64,000 bases of DNA, taken from contig JAHQWK010000008.1 in the NCBI GenBank assembly GCA_029856145.1, positions 135,007 to 199,006 on the forward strand, given 5' to 3'. Shown in pieces: positions 38,903 through 49,162 of this stretch. This stretch comes from Promethearchaeia archaeon (GTDB taxonomy: Archaea; Asgardarchaeota; Lokiarchaeia; Sigyniarchaeales; SOKP01). The notes under the pieces are model-generated. The model worked only from the letters and a program-made list of their open reading frames with translations. It did no database searches and was not told the DNA's origin. Numbering within the stretch: position 1 is the first letter of the stretch; each line of letters opens with the position of its first letter. The position numbers were made by a program, and so were the translations under genes.

Positions 38903-39874
38903 TTAATCTCTTAACCTCCTTCCGGTTAAATTTAGAAATACATCCTCAAGTGAGTTTTGCCTAAACTTCAAATTTTCAACCTCATCAATGTTGTCAATAA
39001 GCCCTTGTTTTAAGAGTTTCACAAGGTTTTTTAACCCACCTTGGAAAGAAATTAATAGAGTTTTTCTTTCTTTCCTGTGAATTTCACTCGAATTTACAAC
39101 AAACGGTATATCTTGTATATTTCTTTTCACTAAATCAAGGTCTTCTTGTTCAATGAAGGAGACTTCTAATGCATTATCGCTCCCATGCTTCTCTTTTAAT
39201 TCAGTAGGAGTTCCTAAAGCAATTATTTTGCCATGGTCTATTATTGCGACACGATCACTCAAAGAATCAGCCTCTACCATATCATGGGTCATAAGAATGA
39301 TTGTAATATTTTTATTTTTCAAATCTCGAATAAAATCCCATACAAGACGCCTTGCTTGTGGATCAAGACCTGCGGTAGGTTCATCAAGAAATAAAATCTC
39401 TGGTTCAAATACCAAAGACATTGCGAGATTTAAACGTCGTTGCATACCCCCTGAGAAACGTTTAGACCAGTCATTTCTTCCCGCTATGCCAAAATCTTCC
39501 AGCAATTTTTTAGCTTTCTCTTTCGCTTTTTCACGAGGTATTCCATGCATAGCTGCGACAAATTCTACATTTTCTTCAGCCCTTAGAACTTCATAAATTG
39601 TTATAACTTGGGGACACACACCAATTTTTTTAACAATTTCATTTTTTCCAGTTAAAATACTATATCCATTGATATTAGCATCACCATCGGTAGGAGTTAA
39701 AACAGTGGTTAACATGCGCACTAATGTAGTTTTTCCAGCACCATTAGGACCAAGGATACTAAATAATTCTCCTCTTTTAATTTTCAAGGACACACCATCT
39801 ACTGCTTTAACTTCTTTAAAGTGCTTTTTAAGATCTTTAATTTCAATAATGACAGAATTATTAACCATGCTCAT
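38903..39874 (-). CDS. ABC transporter ATP-binding protein
   Basis: GPNGAGKTT, FSGGMQRR, LFLDEPTAGLDP, THD. Confidence 0.96.
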   Translation of the reverse strand: MSMVNNSVIIEIKDLKKHFKEVKAVDGVSLKIKRGELFSILGPNGAGKTTLVRMLTTVLTPTDGDANINGYSILTGKNEIVKKIGVCPQVITIYEVLRAEENVEFVAAMHGIPREKAKEKAKKLLEDFGIAGRNDWSKRFSGGMQRRLNLAMSLVFEPEILFLDEPTAGLDPQARRLVWDFIRDLKNKNITIILMTHDMVEADSLSDRVAIIDHGKIIALGTPTELKEKHGSDNALEVSFIEQEDLDLVKRNIQDIPFVVNSSEIHRKERKTLLISFQGGLKNLVKLLKQGLIDNIDEVENLKFRQNSLEDVFLNLTGRRLRD

Positions 39875-40160
39875 AATTTCAAAATCACATTTATTTTTTT
39901 TTTATTTTCATCATAACTAACTCATTGATCTAAAAAAATAATTTAAAAAAATGGGAGTCCAAATTTTGACGAATTTCAACAATATGTAAAACATTTTCTT
40001 TAATTGATAAGTATCAATCTTTTAATTTTAATACCTTCGTGGAAAGAGTTTTAGTAAAGAGTTTTTTACTATTTTTAAATGTGACGAAATTAATTGGTTT
40101 TTCAATTCAGTGAGATTTTTCATCTCAACTAGTAATTTAATTGAAAATAAATTATAATTT

Positions 40161-40652
40161 TCAATATTTTTTTCTTAGAGTCCAAACTATTATAGAATTT
40201 ATGGTAAAAATTATTGTAATCACAATATTTATAAACATAATTGTCCAATAACCAAGATCCGCAATCAATATTAAAGGAATAATTGTCGATGCGCTTATCC
40301 AGCAAATTACTGTAACACAATAAGCATAAAGGAACTTTCTCTTATAGCGCGAAATCCTAACTGACTGATCAGTTTTACTCAATAAATTAAACGCAGCATC
40401 TCCGATCTCAGAAAGTTCATACTTATTTTCTTTTTGTATTAATAATGGTTGTAAGCTTTTTATATGATAAGAAAGAGTTGGACTATCAATAAATTCTAAA
40501 CTATTTTTAATTTCTGTAAAAGATAAAGGGCTTTCTCCTAAAGATTTGATGATATCTCTCCTTACTTGATGGTTTAATGATTTAAAAATTTCCTCTTCAT
40601 CGATAACAGATTTCTTCTTCTTTTTTTCATCTAATCCTACATTCATTACCAT
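40161..40652 (-). CDS. Membrane-anchored winged-helix (ArsR-like) regulator
   Basis: IFKSLNHQVRRDII..L...SFTEI...SPTLSYH followed by 2 C-terminal TM helices. Confidence 0.85.
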   Translation of the reverse strand: MVMNVGLDEKKKKKSVIDEEEIFKSLNHQVRRDIIKSLGESPLSFTEIKNSLEFIDSPTLSYHIKSLQPLLIQKENKYELSEIGDAAFNLLSKTDQSVRISRYKRKFLYAYCVTVICWISASTIIPLILIADLGYWTIMFINIVITIIFTINSIIVWTLRKKY

Positions 40653-40843
40653 ATTATAACCAAATCATTTTTTTTTTATCAATAAATAAGGTTTATTCTG
40701 TTTAAAATATACGTTTGTACTAGATAAGTGATAATGATAATTTATGGGCTTCTTCTCATTACTGTAGCCATCCAATAATATTTTATATAACTAGTTCTAT
40801 TATTCTAATTACTTAAATTCATTATATAAAACCTATTAAAAAG

Positions 40844-42334
40844 ATGACAAATAAAATGGAAAGAAACTTAGAAATGGATTTAGCTAAAATTCTCAAAAAA
40901 GAGAGCTTTCAAGGTAAAATGATAAGCTACATGTCTAAAGTGGGCAAGCTCTTACTTTTTATATTACCATTAGTCTTGTTAATAGTTACACTTCTTGCTT
41001 TTTTTTTTACTCAAGCACTTGATTTCACATTAAAAATCATTTACTTAATAATTTTATTCATATACACATTTAATTCCTGTATGTTATTATTAGGTGCTAG
41101 TTCTACTGAAAGTTCTCTTAAAATGAGATTAAAATTTGAACGAAAACGAGGGAGACCAATAGATAGTCTTGATGGGTTTGACTTACTTTCAAGCAGTGTC
41201 AAAAGAGTTACAAATTTATTAAAAATTATCTCACTTATTTGTTTTACCGCAATTGTATTATTTGCGATTATGTTAGCTCTGGATCTTCTTGACATTGGAT
41301 TTGCCGCTGCGGGTTTCGCATTAATTGGTTTAGGATTATCTATATTAATCCGTAGTTTAAACCTCAACATTCATGATGTAAATGGTCTTCAAGATTTCTA
41401 TAAACCAACTACACACCAGATATTTTTAGATAATTTTTTCGCAGAAATTTTCTCAAACCACTTAGATCCAGTCACATTCCTTAAATGGGATGAGTATTTA
41501 GCAGAATTAAACAAAATCTTAACTCCTAATTTCATTCAAAAAATAAAAGAAGCCGAACCGGATGAGTTGCCTATTACTTTTGCTATGGAAAAGCTATTAT
41601 TTCTCTATTACCTGAAATTTCAAGAAGTTTTATCACAAGATCAATTAATTCAAGAATTAAAAGAAATTATTGATGTAGATTCAGATTATTTTAATGTTGA
41701 AAAAGGTGTATACATGGAAGGTGCTTGGTATTTCTCTATGAAAGACATATATAAATTATTTAATTATATTAAAAAATTCAATCCTGGCTTTTTCAACATA
41801 ATAGATAGACTACAATTAGAAATAGCAGATAATATTGAACGTATATCAAAAGACCCAATATATTTAGACTCTACAGCTCAAGAAGTTATATATCTTAATT
41901 CAGAATTGAATATTTTTTGTTTCCTATATAACAACGCTCCAGAAGATAAAAAATATATTATAAAAGTAAATGCTCCTGGATTTGAACCTAATAAATTAAA
42001 ACTTGACATACAAGTAGAAGGGCGAGGTAATTTTTTAATTCCTAGTGAACCAATTCCCTTGATCTCATCCGAAGGGAGAGATATTGCAGGAGTATTATCG
42101 ACAATGTTAGAGAATGGAGATACTACATGGTTAACATTAGAACCTCGAGAAACTGGAGAACAGACTATCCAAATTTTCTTACTCTCTGAAGATGGTACAA
42201 TTATTGAGGGAAAGACGCGTGTAGTCAAAGTAACAAAAAATATTAAAGATTATCTTAAAAAGTTAAGCTCTATTGGAAGTCTCCTTGGAGGATTGGCGAT
42301 ACCCATTGCGAAAATTTTACCCTCACTATTATAA
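40844..42334 (+). CDS. Hypothetical membrane protein (4 TM + large soluble region)
   Basis: 496-aa ORF; four N-terminal hydrophobic helices, beta-rich C-terminal part. Confidence 0.85.
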   Translation: MTNKMERNLEMDLAKILKKESFQGKMISYMSKVGKLLLFILPLVLLIVTLLAFFFTQALDFTLKIIYLIILFIYTFNSCMLLLGASSTESSLKMRLKFERKRGRPIDSLDGFDLLSSSVKRVTNLLKIISLICFTAIVLFAIMLALDLLDIGFAAAGFALIGLGLSILIRSLNLNIHDVNGLQDFYKPTTHQIFLDNFFAEIFSNHLDPVTFLKWDEYLAELNKILTPNFIQKIKEAEPDELPITFAMEKLLFLYYLKFQEVLSQDQLIQELKEIIDVDSDYFNVEKGVYMEGAWYFSMKDIYKLFNYIKKFNPGFFNIIDRLQLEIADNIERISKDPIYLDSTAQEVIYLNSELNIFCFLYNNAPEDKKYIIKVNAPGFEPNKLKLDIQVEGRGNFLIPSEPIPLISSEGRDIAGVLSTMLENGDTTWLTLEPRETGEQTIQIFLLSEDGTIIEGKTRVVKVTKNIKDYLKKLSSIGSLLGGLAIPIAKILPSLL

Positions 42335-42560
42335 ATAATAGTGTTTATTTTTTTTATTATTTCTAATTAAATATTTAAATTATATCATGCCTAAATGAGA
42401 ATGCTCAAGATCAAGATTTTGTCGCATAAGTTTAAATATAATTATTTGACTAGATATGTGTTTGAATTAAATACTAGGAAGGAATTGAATATATCTTATA
42501 GCCTCTTTTCAATAATATAGTAGGCTTACCTTCTTTTAAAAAATAAATAGGTAGATACGA

Positions 42561-44630
42561 TTGGTTGAATCAGAACTTTATCAAACTGAAAAATTGTTTA
42601 AGGTGCTTTTTGAGAATATAAATAGTGGAGTTGCAATATATGAAACAATTGATAATGGCGAAAATTTCATAGTTAGGGAAATGAATAAAGCAGGGTTGGT
42701 TATATGTGAGGTTACTAGAAAAAATCTTATTGGAAAGAATTTAAGTGATGTTTTTCCCAGTGTAGATGAATTCGGATTTATTGATGCTTTAAGAAGGGTT
42801 TGGAAATCAGGTAAACCCGAGCGTACTCCAACAGCTTTATATCAAGATGATAGAGTTTACGGGTGGACTGAAATGTATATATATAAGTTGCCTTCAGAAA
42901 AGATAGTTGCTATTTTTGAATCACAGACAAAACTAATTGAAGTTGAACAAAATTTCAAGAAGAAAGTAGAATTTGAAAAGACTCTCTCTACTATCTCAAC
43001 CCGATTTGTTAATCCTGATAATATTGATGAAGCTATAAATTCTTCTCTAAAAGATATCGGAATCCTAAGTCAAGCTAGTAGGAGTTATATTTTTATATTT
43101 AGCGACGATAAAGTCACTATGAGTAATACTCATGAATGGGTTAATAAGGGAGTTAGTTCACAATTAGCTCAACTCCAAGATCTTCCAATAGAATTTTTTT
43201 CTTGGTCAATAAATAAAATCAAAAAAGGAGAGGATCTCAATATTGAAAATGTCGAGGAACTCCCTCCCGAAGCGTCATCTGAAAAAGAAGAGTTCTTAAG
43301 GGAGAATATAAAATCTCTTATTATTCTACCAATAGAGATAGGGGAGAAAATATCTGGATTTATTGGTTTTGATAATGTGAAAGCTCAAGAGAAATGGAAT
43401 AAAGATGATTTAAACCTTCTAAAGATAACTTCTGACATTATAGGAAACGCTCTAAAGCGTAAGAAAACAGAACGAGAATTAGAAAAATTAAATGAAGAGT
43501 TAAAAAATATTGTTAATATAAGGAATAAAGAATTACTAAAATCTGAAAATGAAAAATCTGTTATCTTAGAAAGCATTTCGGAACATATTGTTTTTCAAAC
43601 CTTAGATAATACAATTCTTTGGGTTAATAAAGCGGCTGCCGATTCTGTAAATTCAACACCAGAACAATTAATTGGACGTAAATGTTATCAAATTTGGAAT
43701 AAATGTGAAGAACCATGTGAAGGGTGTCCTATAGTAAAATCTTTAAAATCAAATCAGCCAGAGACTAGTGAAATGCATACTCCCGATGATAGATTTTGGA
43801 TTGTAGCAGGTTATCCAGTCCGGGATAAATATAATAACATTACTGCAGTTGTTGAGGTTACACGAGAAATTACAAGGGAAAAAATTGCTGAGCAAAAATT
43901 AATTGAATCAGAAGAAAAATTTCGTAAAGCTTATTATCAAGCGAATCTCTATAGAGACATTTTTGCTCATGATATTAATAATATCCTTCAAAATATTAGT
44001 TCCTCAGTTGAGCTTAGCTCTATTTACCTCAATAATCCTGAAAAATTACACACAATAAAGGAATTATTTGAAATTGTAGATGAACAAGTTAATCGAGCAA
44101 AAAAACTAATTTCAAACATTAGAAAAATAACTGAAATCGACGAATCGGAAATATTTTTAGAAAAAATAGATGTTAATCGAGTACTAAACAATGCAATTGA
44201 ATTTTTAGAATCTAGTTTTCAAACAAGAAATATCAATATTCAATTTAGTACGCCTACCAAAAGAAATTATGTCTATGCGAACACTCTCTTATTAGATGTG
44301 TTTGAAAATATTTTAATAAATACTGTCAGACATAATAATAAATCCAAAATTGAGATCATTATTGATATTAGTAAAGAGCAAAAGGAAGATAAAAACTACG
44401 TTAAGATGGAATTTAAAGATAATGGAGTAGGTATTTCTGATTATCGTAAGAAAAGCATATTTGAAAGAGGAACGCAAAAATCTCGAAAAAGTAAAGGAAT
44501 GGGGCTTGGATTATCTCTTGTGAAAAAGATAATAGATATTTATCATGGTGATATCTGGGTTGAAGATAGGGTTAAAGGTGATTACAAACAAGGAAGTAAT
44601 TTTGTAGTCTTAATTCCATTTGATTCTTAA
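42561..44630 (+). CDS. PAS-GAF-PAS sensor histidine kinase
   Basis: PAS, GAF (SNTHEW...GFIGFD), PAS, H-box AHDINN, N-box ENIL.N, DNGVG, GMGLGL. Confidence 0.94.
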   Translation: MVESELYQTEKLFKVLFENINSGVAIYETIDNGENFIVREMNKAGLVICEVTRKNLIGKNLSDVFPSVDEFGFIDALRRVWKSGKPERTPTALYQDDRVYGWTEMYIYKLPSEKIVAIFESQTKLIEVEQNFKKKVEFEKTLSTISTRFVNPDNIDEAINSSLKDIGILSQASRSYIFIFSDDKVTMSNTHEWVNKGVSSQLAQLQDLPIEFFSWSINKIKKGEDLNIENVEELPPEASSEKEEFLRENIKSLIILPIEIGEKISGFIGFDNVKAQEKWNKDDLNLLKITSDIIGNALKRKKTERELEKLNEELKNIVNIRNKELLKSENEKSVILESISEHIVFQTLDNTILWVNKAAADSVNSTPEQLIGRKCYQIWNKCEEPCEGCPIVKSLKSNQPETSEMHTPDDRFWIVAGYPVRDKYNNITAVVEVTREITREKIAEQKLIESEEKFRKAYYQANLYRDIFAHDINNILQNISSSVELSSIYLNNPEKLHTIKELFEIVDEQVNRAKKLISNIRKITEIDESEIFLEKIDVNRVLNNAIEFLESSFQTRNINIQFSTPTKRNYVYANTLLLDVFENILINTVRHNNKSKIEIIIDISKEQKEDKNYVKMEFKDNGVGISDYRKKSIFERGTQKSRKSKGMGLGLSLVKKIIDIYHGDIWVEDRVKGDYKQGSNFVVLIPFDS

Positions 44631-44758
44631 TTTTCATACAAAATCCCTTCTTATGATCTTATTAAAATTTAGGGAAATCTAAATAGTTCCATTTTTTCAA
44701 AACCATCCTTTAAAATATTACTATAAACTTTAAAAGCAATATTGATAAAAATGAAATT

Positions 44759-46282
44759 ATGGAAACATATGACTTAGTCGTTATTGGAAGTGGAGTAGGA
44801 TTAAATGTTTTAAATGCTGGACTTCAAATAGGAATGAAATGTGCTCTTGTAGAAAATACTAAAATGGGAGGCACATGTTTAACGCGAGGGTGCATTCCTT
44901 CAAAAGTATTGGTCCATCCCGCTGATTTAATCCGAGAATCTCAGCATGCGAAAAAAGTCGGAATTGAGTTCAATATAGAAAATATCGATTGGGATTTAAT
45001 AACAGAAAGGATGTGGTCCCAAATCGATGAAAGTAAGATGATTGATCAAGGACTTTCTACTGTACCTAATTTGAAACTATTCAAGGGAATTGGCGAATTT
45101 ATTGGAGAATATGAAATGAAAGTTAGAGATACTAAAAATGGTAAAGAGCTTGGACATTTTAAAGGTGAGCGATTTGTAATTGCATCAGGAGCAAGATCAT
45201 TCATACCTCCAATACAAGGAATAAAAGGACTGGACTGCGTTACTAATGAAAACTTCTTTGGAGATAGATTTCCAAAAAAACCATGGAAGAGTCTTATAAT
45301 AATTGGTGGTGGGGTAATTGCAGCTGAATTTGCCCATATTTTCTCAGCAATGGGTACTGAAGTAACTATTGTGGAGATGCTTCCGCGCTTAGTTGTAACA
45401 GAAGAACCTGAGATTAGCCAATTATTAGAAAAAAGTTTCAGTAAGTATATGAAAGTTTTGTTAAATGAAAAGGCAGTTAAAGCATATTTGAAGCAAAAGC
45501 AAAAAGCAGTTTTGATTAAAAATATGCAAACTGGTGAAGAGAAGGAAATAATGGCAGAAGAAATTCTCATAGCTGCAGGACGACGTTCGAATTCAGATAT
45601 ACTAAAGGTTGAAAATACTGGAGTTGAAACAGATGAGAGGGGTTGGATAAAAACTAACCTATACTTAGAAACCAATAAAAAGAATATTTGGTGTATAGGT
45701 GACGCCAACGGTCTTTATCAATTTAGGCATAAGGCAAATTATGAAGCAGAAATTTGTACAAATAATATATTTAGCCCAGAAGATCAAAAAAGATCTGTAG
45801 AATATTCTGCAGTTCCTTGGGCGATCTTTACATATCCACAAATAGGGCATGTTGGAATGACTCAAGCAGAAGCTATTGAAAAAGGTTATGAGATTTATGT
45901 GGCTATCAAAAATTATTCAACTGTAGCAAAAGGATTTGCAATGGGTTTTGAGAATGGTCAAGAAGATGATGGTTTTGTAAAATTAATTATCGATAAATCT
46001 TATAAAATGTTAGGAGCACATGTCATCGGTCCTCATGCAGCTCTTTTAGTACAACCATTCGTATATTTGATGAATTCAGGATTTACTTGTACATTACCAG
46101 AATATAGGGATAAAAAAGACTTAACTAAATTAGAAAGAGCTTGTCCAGAAGCTGGTTCATTTATGCCTATTTATCATTCAATGGTTATTCACCCTTCCCT
46201 TAATGAAGTTACAGGTTGGGCAATTGGTAATTTAAAACCTGTGAATATTAAAATGGAACCTCATGAACATCATCATAGTTGA
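44759..46282 (+). CDS. Class I pyridine nucleotide-disulfide oxidoreductase (Lpd/mycothione reductase-like)
   Basis: VIGSG, GGTCLTRGCIPSK, IGGGVIAAE, GD, HPSLNE. Confidence 0.92.
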   Translation: METYDLVVIGSGVGLNVLNAGLQIGMKCALVENTKMGGTCLTRGCIPSKVLVHPADLIRESQHAKKVGIEFNIENIDWDLITERMWSQIDESKMIDQGLSTVPNLKLFKGIGEFIGEYEMKVRDTKNGKELGHFKGERFVIASGARSFIPPIQGIKGLDCVTNENFFGDRFPKKPWKSLIIIGGGVIAAEFAHIFSAMGTEVTIVEMLPRLVVTEEPEISQLLEKSFSKYMKVLLNEKAVKAYLKQKQKAVLIKNMQTGEEKEIMAEEILIAAGRRSNSDILKVENTGVETDERGWIKTNLYLETNKKNIWCIGDANGLYQFRHKANYEAEICTNNIFSPEDQKRSVEYSAVPWAIFTYPQIGHVGMTQAEAIEKGYEIYVAIKNYSTVAKGFAMGFENGQEDDGFVKLIIDKSYKMLGAHVIGPHAALLVQPFVYLMNSGFTCTLPEYRDKKDLTKLERACPEAGSFMPIYHSMVIHPSLNEVTGWAIGNLKPVNIKMEPHEHHHS

Positions 46283-46400
46283 TTTCATCCATTAGAATTT
46301 TTTTTCTTGTCCTTTATTATTATTTTTTAAACTTTTGCTAAAACTTAGATATAGATACAACCATCAACTATTTAGATTCTTAATCCAATATTAAAATTAG

Positions 46401-48356
46401 ATGGTATTAAAAAACATTAATTCTAAAAGAGATAATAGAATTGGACAGATTTTTACTCCAAGTTATATTGCCGAATTTATGGTTAATAATATCATCAAGT
46501 TTATCGGAAATGAGAAAAAAAAACCTCAGACATTAAAAATTTTAGAGCCCTCAGTAGGAGAAGGGATTTTTTTGAAATTTCTCTTAAAAAATAATTTCAT
46601 TGATATAACTGCATATGAAATGGATAATGGTTTAAGAGAAAATCTTTTGAATTCTTATCCTAATGTAAATTTCAGATTTGAAAATTTCCTAGGCTCAGAT
46701 TCAAACGAAAAATTTGATCTAATTATCGGAAATCCCCCATATTTAGGGCAAAATTATAACGCAGGAATTTTTCAAGACTATAGCAAGAATTATCCATTTT
46801 GTGCTAAATATTTTGTAGGAAATATGGATTTATTTTACTTTTTCATTCACTTGGGAATAGAAAAGTTAAACCCCGGAGGTATTTTGACATATATTACAAC
46901 AAACTACTGGATTACAAAATCTAAAAAAACAGGAATAAAATTTTTAAAGCCACATTTGATAGAAAAGTGTTACTTCACACAATATTTAGATTTATCGCAT
47001 CTGAAGCTATTTAAGGGAGCGAAAGGTCAGCACAATTGTATTTTTGTTTTACAGAAAAAAACTGAACAAGAAAAAATTCAAAAGATAAATAAAAATATTG
47101 AAATAATTCAGTTATTTGGAAACAAACGATTTAATCAAAAAGATATCTCATTTAATAAAAGAATTTTCAAAGATCTAACGTATAAAATGGATTCAGACCA
47201 TGTGAAGAGGTATACATCTGCATTAACTAATAATGATTTAAGAAAAGATGAAAGTTGGAACCTTCTTTATCCAAAGGAAATAAAATTAATTGTAGATGAA
47301 ATTGAAAACTATTGTAGAGTTAACGGAAAAGTTTCATTATTAAAAGATTATTTCGTAATCCGTAATGGGTTAATTCTAATAAAAGATTCAATTTTTATTG
47401 TGAATGAGGGAAAAGATTTAATTATTAAGAATAATGATTTTTTTATCCGCATTAATGAGGACTTCCTAAAACTCAATGAACTTGAAAAAACTCGGCTTAA
47501 AAAAATATACAAGAGTAAATCGATTAGGTCATACGGATACGATCAGAACGAATATATAGGATATGCAATTTATTTTAAAAAGACTGAGTTTAAAGCACAA
47601 GCTAATCATAAGCGGAATCAATTACTTAAAAGGAAATATCCTAATCTATCAAAATACATACAACAATATGAAAATCAACTACGAGAAATCTTAATAAACG
47701 CTAAAGAAAATCCAGAAGACTTTTATTATCCAAGAAGAGGTTCTTTTATCCGTCAAACTGAAGGAAATAATAAAGACTTACTAATTGATCTTGAATCTTC
47801 ATATGATAATGCTGAGAAAATCTTCTTTAAATTTATATCAAAAGAAAATATTTTTGGATATTCGAATACCTCATACTATGCTACATCTGATACATATTTC
47901 TTTTGGTCAAAATTTCCAGGTGGTAAAATCGATTATATGTTTATTCTTGCTTACTTAAATTCCAAACTTGTTCATTTCTTGTTTAAAGCTAAAAATATAT
48001 CAATAAAAAGAAGTAAAACTAAACTTGAACAAGGATTACCGATACCCAATCTAAATAATTTCAAAAATAAAGAGAAGAAAGCTATTTTAGGATTAATAAA
48101 AATACTTTCTACTTATTTAGTTAAAACCTCTAACAACCTTTTTAACAAAAATACAGAAAGCTTTATTGACAAGATACTTAAATCAAATAATTATACCTCC
48201 ACCAAATATACTGGATTGAACGAAATTATTATTAGATCAATAGAAAAAAAAGATAGGGAAAGCATAAAAAATGTATTAAACCAACTATTTTTTCAGCTAT
48301 TTAACTTAGATGAAGATGTGATGAATAATTTATTAATAGAATATTATGATCTTTAG
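46401..48356 (+). CDS. N6-adenine DNA methyltransferase (gamma class, TaqI/Eco57I-like)
   Basis: GQIFTP, LEPSVGEG.F, IIGNPPY, C-terminal target recognition domain (LAYLNSKL). Confidence 0.9.
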   Translation: MVLKNINSKRDNRIGQIFTPSYIAEFMVNNIIKFIGNEKKKPQTLKILEPSVGEGIFLKFLLKNNFIDITAYEMDNGLRENLLNSYPNVNFRFENFLGSDSNEKFDLIIGNPPYLGQNYNAGIFQDYSKNYPFCAKYFVGNMDLFYFFIHLGIEKLNPGGILTYITTNYWITKSKKTGIKFLKPHLIEKCYFTQYLDLSHLKLFKGAKGQHNCIFVLQKKTEQEKIQKINKNIEIIQLFGNKRFNQKDISFNKRIFKDLTYKMDSDHVKRYTSALTNNDLRKDESWNLLYPKEIKLIVDEIENYCRVNGKVSLLKDYFVIRNGLILIKDSIFIVNEGKDLIIKNNDFFIRINEDFLKLNELEKTRLKKIYKSKSIRSYGYDQNEYIGYAIYFKKTEFKAQANHKRNQLLKRKYPNLSKYIQQYENQLREILINAKENPEDFYYPRRGSFIRQTEGNNKDLLIDLESSYDNAEKIFFKFISKENIFGYSNTSYYATSDTYFFWSKFPGGKIDYMFILAYLNSKLVHFLFKAKNISIKRSKTKLEQGLPIPNLNNFKNKEKKAILGLIKILSTYLVKTSNNLFNKNTESFIDKILKSNNYTSTKYTGLNEIIIRSIEKKDRESIKNVLNQLFFQLFNLDEDVMNNLLIEYYDL

Positions 48357-48451
48357 TTAAACTAATATCTCATTCTTTTCTTCCTTATTTTTCAGAATCG
48401 ATAGGTTTTTATAGATCAAATTTAATATTTAATTGACAACAAAAGATTGAC

Positions 48452-49087
48452 ATGATCCAAAATTTGGTGAAAAGTATGCGGGATGAATTTGATGATATTA
48501 TTGATAGAATTAAGAAATATTTTAGTTTAGATTCTGATATATTTGATGTGGATTTTTTATTTATTCCAGAATCGGAAAAAAACTTAAATTTAAAACCCCA
48601 AAATAATAAATCAAAGGGATTTAAGATATCATATCATTTTGAAACAGGTATGAAAAATCCTGAGTTTAAGATTGAAGGAAATATTGATGATAAAAAAATT
48701 CGAGATCTAATAAAGAATGTAGATCTATCAAAATATCCAACTTTAGAAAAACGATTTGAGACTAGATCTGTGGAAGAAATTGATGCAGATAAGCTTTCAT
48801 TAGACTTTACTAGACAAGAAGAGGATTTAACACTATTAGAGCCACTAACTGAGATTAATGATTATAAAGAGTATTCTGAAATTATCTTTGATATTCCAGG
48901 GATGAATGAAGAAGATGTTATGATTAATATAAGTGAAAGAGGAACCGAGTTAATATTTAATGCCGAGAATAATATACGAATGTATAAGAAAACTGTTTAT
49001 TTACCTTTCAAAACTTCCGTTGACAATTTTGAAATGGAAGTAAAAAATGGACTAGCAATAATTACAGTAAAGAAATTGAATAAATAG
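48452..49087 (+). CDS. hsp20: Archaeal small heat-shock protein
   Basis: GFKISY.....NP.F..EGN, EPL.EI, DIPG..EEDV, KNGL..IT; lies upstream of cdc48. Confidence 0.85.
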   Translation: MIQNLVKSMRDEFDDIIDRIKKYFSLDSDIFDVDFLFIPESEKNLNLKPQNNKSKGFKISYHFETGMKNPEFKIEGNIDDKKIRDLIKNVDLSKYPTLEKRFETRSVEEIDADKLSLDFTRQEEDLTLLEPLTEINDYKEYSEIIFDIPGMNEEDVMINISERGTELIFNAENNIRMYKKTVYLPFKTSVDNFEMEVKNGLAIITVKKLNK

Positions 49088-49162
49088 GAATTAATATTTA
49101 TTTAAATTATAATAATTTGTATCAATCCTTAAACAAAAATTAAAATTAAGTGATGAAAAAGA

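Noticed and set aside
40725-40775. Possible C/D-box sRNA or hairpin (GGCT/AGCC) in the divergent intergenic region
   Set aside because: No proper RTGATGA/CTGA box pair, and the stem is too short to support a call.
48353-48442. Phr/HSR1 operator upstream of hsp20
   Set aside because: Only a TTAGTT-A-AACTAA dyad overlapping the upstream stop codon and an ATTGACA direct repeat; neither matches the known operators well enough.
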